A DNA stretch of 64,000 nucleotides from Eledone cirrhosa (lineage: Eukaryota), in assembly GCA_964016885.1 (NCBI GenBank), contig OZ024741.1, positions 328,972,001 through 329,036,000 of the forward strand, read 5' to 3'. Within the stretch, counting starts at the first letter, position 1. Each line of letters begins with the position of its first letter. The notes below the pieces were generated by a model, which searched no databases, was not told the origin of the DNA, and was given only the letters and a program-made list of their open reading frames with translations. Shown in pieces: positions 27,106 to 39,674 of this stretch. A program made the translations under genes and the position numbers.

Positions 27106-28156
27106 TGTAGGGGCGATTAACGCAATGCTATGCTTTGCTATGTTCCTTGTCTGTTTGATTAACTGCATGTTGTAGTGAGAAACGATTAACTTTGCGAAAT
27201 GCCAGGAGGGGGCTTACTGATAAATCTATATATTCTCGTGGGAGTTGTGATTTCAGAGCAGACAATGTTAGGTCATTGATATCGAGTGATTGCCAGAAGC
27301 CTTTAATGGATTGCATTTTAATTAGAGTTAAATTTTCAATACCAATGTTTTATTAGAATAAAATAAATAAACAATAAATCAACGAATATATAATGATTTC
27401 TCATTTAAGCACATGCCCAGCAATTGTTGGTGAAGGTAAAAGTTGATTATATCGATCCCAGTACTTGATGGCAACTTTATTTTATCGACTCCAGAGCGAG
27501 GTAATCTTGGAGGGATTCATAGGAGATAAAATGCTATAGTTATATATCGGAAAATCATTTCGCCCGACGCTTTAACGCCAATTCAACACTTTTATTGGTT
27601 TTTAATTGAAAAACAAGACAAAACAGTTTTCCTGGAGGATAAAATTGACCCCAGTACTGGACAGATAATTTTTTCCACTACAGAGTGAGGAGAAGTAAAA
27701 CTGACCTCCATAGGATCTGAACTCAGAACGTAAAATGACGTAACTATATGCCGCAAAGCATGTTGGCCGTCGCTCTACCCATACTTCCAATGCACCGACA
27801 TATTGCCGCATCCAATAATACATACAGGAAACGTTAAAACTGAGAGAGGATTTCAAGGACATGCGACAAAATTATATAAAACTAAGCCGTGTATCTTGAG
27901 AGTTATACAAAGAAAACACTTTAAACATATCTGTAAAGAATGATGCACATATAATGAATAATTAATATATATTTTTCAAGGAAATACATACTAAACATTG
28001 TGTGTGTGTCTGTGTCTGTGTTAGTCTGTGTGTGGTGTATGTATAAAGCACAAGCAGCCAACCACGGGAGATAAACATGAAGACTCTAATGAAAATCTTT
28101 ATAAAAAGGTTGTAAACACAAGTGAAACCGGTAAAAGTAGACAAAAATATATAAAT

Positions 28157-28345
28157 AATTGTTTCTACTTTTGGCACAAGGTGAGCAATTAACCAGTATA
28201 TTACTGGTACTTTATTTTATCGACCCCGTAAGGATGAAAGGCAAAGTTAACCTCGGCGGGATTTGAACTCAGACCGTAAAGGGACGTAACTATGCTAAAA
28301 AGCATGGCGTCCAACATTCTACCGATACTGCCAATTCACCGCCCT
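28157..28345 (-). mobile_element. SINE S1, full length
   Basis: Complete head-to-tail match to S1. Confidence 0.85.
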
Positions 28346-28686
28346 TATATAAATATATAAAGAATGATTTCTGATTTAGGCACAAGTCCAGCAAATTTAC
28401 ATATCTAATTATCAAATTACTTGGCACATGAATACAGAAACCTAAATAACACAAAAGTCAGTCATTGCATTTTTCAATTTTCATATATATATATATATAT
28501 ACATATTTACATATATATATATGGAGGGGGGGTGCATGTGTGTGTATGTGTGTGAGTCTCTGGTTCAATCGGCGGTAACCACAGTTAGTAAGGTACTCAA
28601 TACATTAGTAGGGTGTAATATTCATTTTATTAAGGTTAAAAAATTCTTAACTCCAGAGTAACGAGACCTCCTATTTATCATTGATA

Positions 28687-28783
<97 letters not shown>

Positions 28784-29022
28784 TGTGTGTGTGTGTTTGT
28801 TTGTGTAAAAGGTAAACAGAAATAACACAAACGGTACAGTATATGGAAGGAATCTTCCAATCCTCCCTGCATCTCTCCAACCATATCTCCCACAAGAGAC
28901 GCCTATTCCGCTCTACCCGTCCCTTCAATCTTTCTAATTTCTTCTTCTTTCTTCTGATGAAGGACTAGCGTCTGAAGCGTTAATATTAATATTCTCTTTC
29001 TGCTATTTCAAGCGTTAAACTA

Positions 29023-29064
<42 letters not shown>

Positions 29065-29301
29065 GGTAAACAGAAATAACAACACAAATGGTTGGAGAGA
29101 TGCAGGGTGGATTGGATGCGAATAGGAGAGAGAGGCTGGAGGAAGCGTTTGAGTGTGGAATGGAGCTGGCGGAGAAAAGATTTGATATTAGGCATGATGA
29201 GTGTACTGGGGTGAGAGAGAAATAGACTGGTGAGTAGGAGAGTGTGGAAGTAAGAAAGGTCTAGTGGAAGAAAAGTGATAGAGAGTAGTGCTATATTTAA
29301 A

Positions 29302-29490
29302 TAATTGTTTCTACTATTGGCACAAGGCCAGAAAATTACCCAGTACATTACTGGTACTTTATTTTATCGACCCCGTAAGGATGAAAGGCAAAGTTAACCT
29401 CGGCGGGATTTGAACTCAGAATGGCAAGGGCCGTAACTCTATGCGTCAAAGCATGGCGTCCGAACCTCTACCGATACTGCCAATCCACCG
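29302..29490 (-). mobile_element. SINE S1, full length
   Basis: Complete head-to-tail match to S1. Confidence 0.85.
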
Positions 29491-29741
29491 CGTGCTATAT
29501 TTAAATAATGCAAAGAAAATATCAGTGATACAAAATGATTTCCAGGTGGAACTTCAGTTAAACTCCAGGGGTAGATCCAGTTTCAGAGTGAACATCCAAT
29601 TTGAAAATCCAACGAATTTAAAAGGTCCACTTAAGCGTTGATATATATACTTATGCAAATGGTAAACTGAAATAACAACACAAACGGTACAGTATATGGA
29701 AGGAATATATAGTTTAACGCTTGAAATAGCAAGAAGAGAGT

Positions 29742-29775
29742 CTTAACGTTTCGGATGCTAATCATTCATCAGAAG
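29742..29775 (-). ncRNA. Minimal HHR-like motif (related degraded copy at 28951-28984 +)
   Basis: ctt-CTGATGA-atgattagcatcc-GAAA-cgt-TA-ag; the sister copy reads ctt-CTGATGA-aggactagcgtct-GAAG-cgt-TA. Confidence 0.55.
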
Positions 29776-30244
29776 AAAGAATGAGAACTTAGAAAGATTG
29801 GAGGGACGGGCAGGCGGGAATCGGCGTGTTTTGGTGATGATGGTGTGTGTGTGTCTCTGTGTCTGTGTGTGTGTGTGTGTGTTTGTGCGTGTATGTATGT
29901 GTGTGTATATGTGTTTATGTGTATGCATATGTATATGCATATATGTAGCAGTCTGTATGTATCTATGTGCATGTATGTATATGAAATAAGCAGTAATAGA
30001 AACAGTTTACCTTGTAGCGTTATATAGTTATAATGACTGCTATTTATAGCGTCAATATATGCCCGTCGTATTGTCCTGATACAGTGAGTAGAAGGTATAC
30101 CGTATTGGAGTTGCGTTATGCTGATACAGAATGACTTTTTTATATCTATTCAAATAACCCTTTTTTGGTAGATATATTCTTGGCAATTAAACACGTTATT
30201 CACATATATGATCTAACACTGTGTTAATTTTTCTGCTTGTCCCA

Positions 30245-30402
30245 TAGGGTCAGACGCCATGATTTGACGCATCGAGTTACGGCCCTTGCCATTCTGAGTT
30301 CAAATCCCGCCGAGGTTAACTTTGCCTTTCATCCTTACGGGGTCGATAAAATAAAGTACCAGTAATGTACTGGTAATTGCTGGCCAATAGTAGAAACAAT
30401 TA
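30245..30402 (+). mobile_element. SINE S1
   Basis: gagttcaaatcccgccgaggttaactttgcctttcatccttacggggtcg. Confidence 0.85.
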
Positions 30403-30775
30403 TTTGATGAACTTGCCTACTGATGATAGAATTTCAGTTCTCTCAATATTGGTTATTCTAATGTCTTGAAATTCCATCTACTGGCTCTTTTAGTTTTTGA
30501 AACCATGGTTGGGGCACTATATAGGTTGGGATTGGCTTCCTTTAGCTAATTTGATTTGTATCTTCCCCCACCCAACTGTGATTTGGGCTTAAATTTAATA
30601 TTTCTAATACTTCTCTGAGTGGATTATTGGTTTATCAATTTATTGATATATCTTATCCTGTCATTGAGATGTCTACTTATTAGAGACAATTAATTTATGA
30701 GGTTGTAAATTAAAAATATATATATATATACACATAATTATGGTTTTATAATTATAGTTTCCATTTATTAATATA

Positions 30776-30832
<57 letters not shown>

Positions 30833-31009
30833 GATAGATAGATAGATAGATATAGATAGATAGATGTGTGTGTGTGTGTATTTATGTGTATGCATATTCA
30901 TATGCATATATGTAGCAGTCTGTATGTATATATGTACATGTATTTTATGTATATGAAATAAGCTGTATTAGAGACAGTTTACCTTGTAGAGTTATATATA
31001 TATGAAAAT

Positions 31010-31243
31010 GTTTAACCCCGACGGCAGAGTTCAAGCCATTTCGACCCTACCAAGCCATATCCAGACTTTTCGAACCAGCTCAAGTCTCATTACACCCACC
31101 ATGCGAAAACATACTATCGACTTCTCCACCAAGAACATCCACGTTCCAAAAAGGTCCAGAAATAGCCGTCGAAACGGCTTGAGCTAAGTATTGAGAACTC
31201 TGGTGCGTTATGGTCCCTCTGGTTCCTTACGACACCTCCTTCG

Positions 31244-31313
<70 letters not shown>

Positions 31314-31383
31314 CGAATGAGGTGTGGTAAGGAACCAGATGGACCATAACGCACCAGAGTACTCAATACACACCTCCATCGTT
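31010..31383. repeat. R1 family copy with fold-back around (TA)n
   Basis: 31010-31185 is the reverse complement of 44750-44903; 31188-31244 is inverted against 31311-31369. Confidence 0.8.
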
Positions 31384-31404
31384 ATATATATATATATATA
31401 TATA

Positions 31405-33015
31405 TATTAAAATATAGAGAAAAATACTGCAGGTCGCACATGGAAACATGTAATAAAATAAGTCCCTCATCAGTGATTTGCCGAAGATCATAGATATTTC
31501 ATTGCATTAAAAATCATATATCTCACTTCGGTGCAATAATAACCAAAATAAGTTATTAGGACAATTAAAACGCGTAAAGCGAGTGAGACAGGAGAACAAC
31601 AGAAAAATTAGCATACCTTAGGGGAGAAACAAGCTTCAAAAATTATTCGTTTAGCATAAGCTAGGTGAATATATGAGAGCTGAGAGAATAGAACCAACAC
31701 AAACGAAGGCCATTGAGCAGAGAGAGAAAAAATAGCGTTCGTGAGTGCAGGATGAAATGAAGAGAAGAGGGAGAAAAACAGTGAGTGAGTGAAAGTGTGA
31801 GGAAGAGTTAACGGACAAGACAGAGGGGGAGAAACAGAGAGAATGGGGGAACAGTAAGAGAGAGAGAAAAAAACACAGAATCGCAGTGGTAAATATATGT
31901 ATTCAAATATAGAGAAAAATACTGCAGGTCGCACATGGAAACATGTAATAAAATAAGTCCCTCATCAGTGATTTGCCGAAGATCATAGATATTTCATTGC
32001 ATTAAAAATCATATATCTCACTTCGGTGCAATAATAACCAAAATAAATTATTAGGACAATTAAAACGCGTAAAGCGAGTGAGACAGGAGAACAACAGAAA
32101 AATTAGCATACCTTAGGGGAGAAACAAGCTTCAAAAATTATTCGTTTAGCATAAGCTAGGTGAATATATGAGAGCTGAGAGAATAGAACCAACACAAACG
32201 AAGGCCATTGAGCAGAGAGAGAAAAAATAGCGTTCGTGAGTGCAGGATGAAATGAAGAGAAGAGGGAGAAAAACAGTGAGTGAGTGAAAGTGTGAGGAAG
32301 AGTTAACGGACAAGACAGAGGGGGAGAAACAGAGAGAATGGGGGAACAGTAAGAGAGAGAGAAAAAACACAGAATCGCAGTGGTAAATATATGTATTAAA
32401 ATATAGAGAAAAATACTGCAGGTCGCACATGGAAACATGTAATAAAATAAGTCCCTCATCAGTGATTTGCCGAAGATCATAGATATTTCATTGCATTAAA
32501 AATCATATATCTCACTTCGGTGCAATAATAACCAAAATAAATTATTAGGACAATTAAAACGCGTAAAGCGAGTGAGACAGGAGAACAACAGAAAAATTAG
32601 CATACCTTAGGGGAGAAACAAGCTTCAAAAATTATTCGTTTAGCATAAGCTAGGTGAATATATGAGAGCTGAGAGAATAGAACCAACACAAACGAAGGCC
32701 ATTGAGCAGAGAGAGAAAAAATAGCGTTCGTGAGTGCAGGATGAAATGAAGAGAAGAGGGAGAAAAACAGTGAGTGAGTGAAAGTGTGAGGAAGAGTTAA
32801 CGGACAAGACAGAGGGGGAGAAACAGAGAGAATGGGGGAACAGTAAGAGAGAGAGAAAAAAACACAGAATCGCAGTGGTAAATATATGTATTAAAATATA
32901 GAGAAAAATACTGCAGGTCGCACATGGAAACATGTAATAAAATAAGTCCCTCATCAGTGATTTGCCGAAGATCATAGATATTTCATTGCATTAAAAATCA
33001 TATATCTCACTTCGG
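31405..33015. repeat. Tandem array, ~495-bp unit, ~3.25 near-identical copies
   Basis: aatatagagaaaaatactgcaggtcgc recurs at ~31411, 31906, 32400 and 32895. Confidence 0.95.
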
Positions 33016-33050
33016 GCTTCCGTTATATATATATATATATATATATATAT

Positions 33051-33240
33051 AACGGAAGCCCGAGCTCGAAGAAAAAGAGAAAAAAAACGGAAAAAACCGT
33101 ACGCAGGACAGCTTACCGACGACGGCTTCGGCGCGTCGATTAGTGCTTTTCCGGTAGCGTGGCGGCGCCGAAGCCATCGTCGGTAAGCTGTCCTGCGTTC
33201 GGTTTTTTTTCCCTTTTTCTTCGAGCTCGGGCTTCCGTTG
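33051..33240. repeat. GC-rich hairpin (~85-bp arms)
   Basis: aacggaagcccgagctcgaagaaaaa..cagcttaccgacgacggcttcggcgc pairs with gcgccgaagccatcgtcggtaagctg..ttcgagctcgggcttccgtt. Confidence 0.9.
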
Positions 33241-33456
33241 CCGTTGCCGTCGTCGTCGTCGTCGCGTCGTTGTCGTCTTCTTCTTTCACGAGTTCGCTTG
33301 CGGAATGGAAGAATGAAGGCAACGCTGGCGGCGGCGGCGGTCGGTTTTTCGGGCTCGGGAGGGGGGGGCGCGAACAGCCCCGGCGTCGGCACGTCGTCGC
33401 GTCCGGGCCAGTCGGTTGGCGAACGCAGGGGTCCTACTCGTTCCTATATATATATA

Positions 33457-33536
<80 letters not shown>

Positions 33537-33596
33537 TTAGAACCCTGTAACCATTAAGCTCTAAGTATAAAGTACAAATAAATACTGAGCCGATTA

Positions 33597-33688
33597 ACAA
33601 TATATAGTAAGAAACACAGTAAACCGTGTGTCTAAAATTACAAGGGTTGTAATTTTAGACACACGGTTTACTGTGTTTCTTACTATAT

Positions 33689-33693
<5 letters not shown>
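33597..33693. repeat. Perfect hairpin, 47-bp arms, ggg loop
   Basis: acaatatatagtaagaaacacagtaaaccgtgtgtctaaaattacaa-ggg-exact reverse complement. Confidence 0.95.
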
Positions 33694-33722
<29 letters not shown>

Positions 33723-33949
33723 TATAGATATATATTTCTTTATTTACCATAAAGGCATAAAAAGAAGGGACAAATACAAAGGGGGAGTTTACATATAATC
33801 GAGTAAAAAGGGTGTAACATGAAAATAATCGAAAATAACCTCAAAAGGGAGGGGACGTGATGGGGGTTGTACACACCCCCGAAAAAGTGTGCAATCCTTT
33901 GCCCGGGGAGCACATGGAGAAGGTGCTCCCCTCTCCTTTACTTCTTTAC

Positions 33950-36900
33950 CTACAGGATGGTATACAGAGAAGGCCCACTTACACGAGCCATTCTCGCCAC
34001 TATCACCCACCTTTCATAAAACTGCCTGTGGCCAAGCACCTCTCTCTCCATTCTTATCCTTCTTCCGAAGTGATATCGGAAGAAGTAGACCAGACTATGG
34101 CCAGAGAGGAAGTTGCCTGACCTCAGACCTTTCAATCGTGTCCACCAAACAACCTCTTTCAACATGGCTATTACGCACAGAAAAACCGCCTTTGCTTCCT
34201 TTGTGAAGAGGGGAGGCGGTTTGATTGTCATCACGGACTCGGCAGTCTATTTAATCGGCGCCACCCGCGACAGCAGTCGTTCGGCGTAGCCCCACAGATC
34301 AGCCACGCCCGGACATTGCACCAATGCGTGCGCAACGGTTTCTTCGTGACGCACGCATCTAGGGCAAATCTTTTTTGAGGGATCCCTGCCCGGGCGCCCG
34401 TGTCTGTAGAGCCTCTCTCGAACGGGTAGAGCCCCCCGGTAGCACTGCCAGGCCAGTGACTTCTGGAAGTTGTCCATTGGTCCTGGGCCGAAAGTCCTAC
34501 CGAACAGGCTGGCCAGTTCGTCTTCTTCCATGTCCAGCGACTCTCCAAGGGTGTCATCGCCCCTGCTAGCCACCAGCCCTCTATAGAATGATGAGGTGGA
34601 TTCTCTACCGATGGCCTGGCCCGCTTGCCAGAGAGCCCTGGGCGCCTGAGCACACTCAGTGTGCCAGTCTCCCAGTTTTCCGGATCTTTGCTTGACCCAG
34701 GACTGTAGCTCGGTGAGCGAGACGAGTCTCGGAAAGGCTCGTTTCACGAACGGAGCCCACACCGGTTGACCAGTGAGGAATACCTGTAGGTGCCGTAGCC
34801 TTAATGCGTGCCTACGCATCATCAACCACGGCATCCCCAGCCCTCCTTTCGAAGGTTGTTGGCAGCAGATGGATCTTCTCACCATAGGAGGGCGCTTCTT
34901 CCAAAGAATTTGGAAGAGCATGCGTTCCATGGTGGTGAGTGTTTCCTTAGTGCAAGGCACGACAGTCAGGCGGTAGTAAGTGACGGACGCTATGTAAATG
35001 TTCGCCACCTCCGCCCGGCCTTTTAGGGACAGCTTACACTTGGCCCATTTCTGGGTTAGTGCAAACACCTTGTTCGTAACCTCGTTCCAGTTCTTTTCCA
35101 CCTGGAGGTCCGGTCCAAACCAGACCCCAAGCAACTTTACCGGGCCCTCCGTCCAGTGTCCGACGACACCGTCAGGAGGCATCGGTCTGCCTCTTCACGT
35201 TCCGAGTTGCAGCCCGATGGATTTTTCCCGGTTCAGTTTCGCTCCTGACAACCTTTCGTACTCCTCCAGTAAGGTACCGATCGCCTCGATCTCCGAGTCG
35301 GTCGATACCATTACTGTTACGTCATCGGCGTAGGCCGACACCGCTTTGCTCAATCCTCCAACTTCCTCAGTAAAGGCTCGAGAGTCAATACGTACAGAAG
35401 GGAGGAGAGAGGGCACCCCTGTCGAATGGATCGTGTGATTTCGAACGGCTTCGAAAGGTAGCCGTTCACCTTGATCCTAGAACAGATGTGGTTGCTATGT
35501 AAGGCAGTGATCCAGCCTCTGAAAACAGGACCGACCCAGCCGCCGCTAGCACCGCATCCAGGTAACCATGGTCGACCCTATCGAAGGCCATAGACTGAAC
35601 CAAGTTGATCAGGGCCCCACCGAAGCCGGATTTGTTGCCAACCCTCTCTATGATGTATCGCATGAGGTGGAGGTTATCGTGAATGGACCTGGATGGGATA
35701 GCACATGTCTGCGCATCTCCCACCCGGCCACCCACGACAAGCGCCAACCTCTTTGCTAACACCTTGGCCAAAATCTTTAACTCTGTGTTTAGCATGGTTA
35801 TGGGCCGAAAATTATTTATACTATCTCCCTTGTTCTCGTCCTTCCTCACCAGCGTGACTACGCCCTTGGCTACAGAACAAGGAATTCTCCCGTCCTGCTG
35901 CCAATTGCAGTAGACCGCTTCGAGACCTGGAGATTTGCGTCTGCTGCATTGGCTCAGCGCATCTCCGATCTCATCAGCCGAGATTGGTCCCTCGCAGGAC
36001 TCTGCCTCTTCGCTCGAGAGACGCGGCAGGCCGTCGAGGTATGGACCGAAATCCACGCCCCCGCCCGGACCCTCGCCTCCCCCGAACAATCGGGCAAAAT
36101 GACTTTGAAAGGCCTCGCACATCTGCTTAGGCTCCCGGATCACCCGTCCATCTTCGTCTTGCAACGACCGGATGGTGGATCGATTTCCACTCTTAGCTTC
36201 TGTCACGCGGGCCCAGCCAACGGCTTTGGCCCCCTCATTACCTAGAGCACGTATTTTACTTCGAATGACGCAGCCTTCGTGCTTTGCATCGAAAAACTGG
36301 TTCAAGGCCGTCCTCGATGCCAGCACTCTGGCCACATCTTCGCTCTTGATTGCCTCTTCTAATTTACCTGTTAATTCTTTCTCGTTTCTATTCCTATCGG
36401 CAGCTAACATCTTGCTATAACTTATTGATTCTGTTCTAATCTCTCTTTTGAGAGATGCCCACCATCGGTTGTTGACGATTGCACCCGTCAACCTCTCCTT
36501 AACTAATCTGCTAATCCGGTTTCTGTAAGTCTCTTTTGCCGGTAAAGACAAATTAAGTTTCCAGTAACCGGGACCCTGTTTATGTGTTTTCTCGAGATTG
36601 ACTACGCAGGTCACTAATTTGTGATCCGTGTAGCCAACCGTGCGCATTTCTGGACAGCTTAATATGTCCCTATCCTTACTTCTAATTAAGAATCTATCTA
36701 AGTACGATCTATATTGACCACTGTGGTTTCTCCAAGTCCAGGTAGGCACAGTTGGAAAATCTAGTCGATATCTATCGACCAAGTTAAAACGGTTGAGTAA
36801 CCTCTTGAGGATGTTACACCCCCCTCTATTAGGACATGCTCCTGCATAGTCCCAACGTGCATCTAGGATGTCATTCCAATCCCCCGCTAGAAGCAGGGAA

Positions 36901-37301
36901 CGCGACGTTCCCAGAAAAGTCTCCAAACGCTGGAAGAAGTCGGGCCGTTCAGCTCCGAAAGGGGAGTAGACGGCAACCAGTCTCAAGGCCGCACTTTCAC
37001 TACTGCCAACGTCTAGCACCAACAAACGACCCTCCGGGTCCGAGTGCACAACCTGTACGGCAAGACCCAGGTGTTTTTGCAGCAGTACGACAACCCCACC
37101 CCCAACTCCAGGTTGACAGAGAGATGCATGCACCTCAAAGTCATCGAAGGTGGGGGCCAGCTGCCGCACGACGCTGATTTGAGTCTCACAGATAACCATT
37201 ACATTTATACTACATGACCTGAGGTCATTTAGAAGCTTTGCTTGCTTGCAAATTGAGCCCAGGCCACGTGCATTCAAACATCCTACTCTTAACACATCCA
37301 T
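33950..37301 (-). pseudogene. Tx1-type ORF2 (APE-RT), disrupted
   Basis: Pieces 35466-37301, 35195-35416, 34247-35182 and 33950-34234; apparent in-frame deletion after KSPGL. Confidence 0.9.
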
Positions 37302-37627
37302 GTGGGCGGCAGAGCCAAAAGAGAGTGTAGAGACCTACCTTTCCGCTTCCCGGGGTTCGGGTTGCACGACTTCCATGGGGTCGGGAGTGTTGGGTGAAGG
37401 GGTGTCTTGTTGTGGTGTGGGGTCGTCAGTGTGTGGTGGGGTTGGGGTGTTTGGAGTTGTGTTGGGGAGGGGAAGGGGAGGGGGAAAGCTTTTTAGTAGG
37501 ACGCGGTTTATGGGTTTGACAGAGGGTGGTCCTACGTCCTCCTTAAAATCCTTTTTTAGTTTTTGGTAGAGGTTCATTGGGATCTTTATTAATTTTAAAT
37601 GTGGGTAGTTTTCTGAAGAAACAAAGT

Positions 37628-39010
37628 TTACACCTTCGGTTTGTACCGAAGGATTATTGTATATGAGTTTAATTTATTATTGTTTCTGTTGATGTAAGTA
37701 TAGTGTAATGTCTTTTTTTCGGATGGTGTGAGTGTTTCGAAGAGGGGAGGGGCAGGTTTGGTTTTGTTTGTTGCTGGAGGGGTGTTTTCTGTTTTGTTGG
37801 ATTGTGTTGAGATTTGGGTGGGGGTTGTTTGGCCTTGTGTGTTTTGCACATGTTTTCTTTTTTTCCTTTTAATCTGTCTGAAGGACTCCGTTTCTTCCTC
37901 CGAATTCGTTGGGTTATCTTCAGTGTTGGAGGGAAGAGGTATGTTTGCTGGTAATGTTTCCGTGTTGGTTTTCTTTGTGGGGAAGATGGATGTCACTATG
38001 TTAGACTGTGTTGTGTGTTGTGTCTGCGGTGGTTGTGTTGTTTTATTGAGTGAGGGGTTGGGTGGGCCTGTATTTTGTTTTGGGGTAATGTGTTGTGACT
38101 GTTTGTGTTGTGGTGGTGGTGTAGTTTTACTGAGGGACGGGTTGGCTGGGACTGAGTTTTGTTGTTTGTTTATCTGTTGTGGTGGTGGTGGTGGAGCTGG
38201 TGTTGGTAGCAGGGTTTTCTTTTTGTTGAGTTGGGGACAAGCGGCCTTCAGGTGCCCTCTGCCTGCACAGATATGGCAGGACGGCCTTCTCCCCTCCACG
38301 CTAATGTTTATATACCCGTGGCCCTCTAATAGGATTCTGTCGGGTATTTGGGCGATGCGTTCAGGCTTCATTTGCACTACCAGCTCTATACCTGTTCCAC
38401 TGAACGCATTGCCTGTGGTTTTCCCAATGGAAATCACGTTGTCATTCACTGGATCGATGAAGCCAGCTATGAGCCAGCAGTAGTCCACATCTGGCATCAT
38501 TGCATCCAGCCATATGCGTTGAGTTCTTTTACCCATATAAGATGGATAAAAGGTAAAATTTTTCGAACGAATCGGTGACAAAGCACATTTTTTTGCCGCC
38601 GATTCGTTCTTCATGATAATTGCTAGGCTTCCATACAGTCTGTCTTTTCTTATGAAAGTGGTTTCATTAAGTACTTCTGTGGGTACTGTTTTGATATCTG
38701 CTTGAGTTGGCTGTTCAGGTTTTTTTGTACTGTTGTTGATGGTGCGAAACTTGACCGTTCGGCTTTCAATGTCTTTGGTGAATTCTTGAGGCATTTTTAC
38801 CGATAAAATACCATTCTCTCCTTCACTTATGTATTGTTTGGCGTCTGTGATTCTTCGTGCCACATCTGAAATATTTTCCGGTATATAAGTCAAAGATTTC
38901 TTTGTTGTCTGTGCAAATGAAATCTTGTCGTCTGCTTTGCTTTCTGTTATGGTGTTATTTTCAAATGTCATTTTTGTGTTTGTTGTGTCTTTGTTTGTGT
39001 TATTTTTCAA
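37628..39010 (-). CDS. Tx1-type ORF1 (CCHC zinc knuckle, Pro/Thr/Gln-rich tail); probably continuous with 39007-39363 via a homopolymer frameshift and with 37335-37577
   Basis: 460-aa ORF with CX2CX4HX4C upstream of ORF2. Confidence 0.8.
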   Translation of the reverse strand: MKNNTNKDTTNTKMTFENNTITESKADDKISFAQTTKKSLTYIPENISDVARRITDAKQYISEGENGILSVKMPQEFTKDIESRTVKFRTINNSTKKPEQPTQADIKTVPTEVLNETTFIRKDRLYGSLAIIMKNESAAKKCALSPIRSKNFTFYPSYMGKRTQRIWLDAMMPDVDYCWLIAGFIDPVNDNVISIGKTTGNAFSGTGIELVVQMKPERIAQIPDRILLEGHGYINISVEGRRPSCHICAGRGHLKAACPQLNKKKTLLPTPAPPPPPQQINKQQNSVPANPSLSKTTPPPQHKQSQHITPKQNTGPPNPSLNKTTQPPQTQHTTQSNIVTSIFPTKKTNTETLPANIPLPSNTEDNPTNSEEETESFRQIKRKKRKHVQNTQGQTTPTQISTQSNKTENTPPATNKTKPAPPLFETLTPSEKKTLHYTYINRNNNKLNSYTIILRYKPKV

Positions 39011-39635
39011 ATTTTTTTTTTCTCCTTGTTGGAATCCATGTCCAGATTTGTGTTTTCGTCATTTTTTTTTTTCGCAGATTCGTCTGTTTTTATTTTAATT
39101 TTTCCTTCCTTCTCTATGACGTTAGTTGAGAAGGAAGGGGGGACTAAAGCGTGCGAGCTTACAACTCTTACCGCTGTCCCCCCACCACTATTTTCGTTCG
39201 CTGCGTTTAACATTTCTGTTAGACGATTGAAATTTTTTGCCACAAAATTTTTTAAAACAGGTTTTTCACCTCTAGGAGGGGTAAAGATGAGCTGACCCAC
39301 CGCCTGACAGTTCAGACGGGGGGTCAAGCTACACAATTGTATCAAAATTAAATTTGAACTCACAAAATTTCCGCAATAAATTTGAACAAAACTTCTGCGC
39401 GAAGTGAATTACATCCACACTGTAGAACAGACGACAGCTAGATTAATATAGATATAGATATAGATAGGTAAATATACACGGGTGTGTATGATTGTGTATA
39501 GAAGATTATATTAATAAGAGGAATTCCAAATTTGTCTGATTTACTCGTTTTATTTACAATCCTTTAAAATATATATAATATATAATGGTATTAAAATGAA
39601 ATAGTATGATAGAATATTAAATTCTAAGTGTTAAT

Positions 39636-39674
39636 TGAACAAGTACTTTCATGCTTTCGCAATCTTCAGGTTCA
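39636..39674 (-). ncRNA. Minimal type I hammerhead ribozyme motif in the 3' pLTR of the Neptune-like PLE
   Basis: tgaac-CTGAAGA-ttgc-gaaa-gcat-GAAA-GTAC-TT-gttca. Confidence 0.88.

Larger units (their letters stand above)
33735..39440 (-). mobile_element. Full-length Tx1/L1-clade LINE (ORF1 gag-like, ORF2 APE endonuclease + RT + C-terminal zinc finger)
   Basis: ORF1 zinc knuckle CHICAGRGHLKAAC. ORF2 motifs GCLNARGL, ICET, LAGDWND, SYLDRF, TDHK, GPGYWKLN, FRPITMLN, AFDRVDH, RQGCPLS (~35405-35425), YADD and CPRC..ETVAHALVQC. AATAAA at the 3' end; both ends abut (TAGATA)n/(TA)n. Confidence 0.95.

Noticed and set aside
31405-33015. CRISPR array or multi-copy membrane protein genes
   Set aside because: Eukaryotic context, whole-unit repeats without unique spacers; the hydrophobic ORFs come from pyrimidine-rich strand bias.
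37728-38483. 251-aa plus-strand ORF and other antisense ORFs over the LINEs
   Set aside because: Shadow frames of minus-strand retroelement ORFs.
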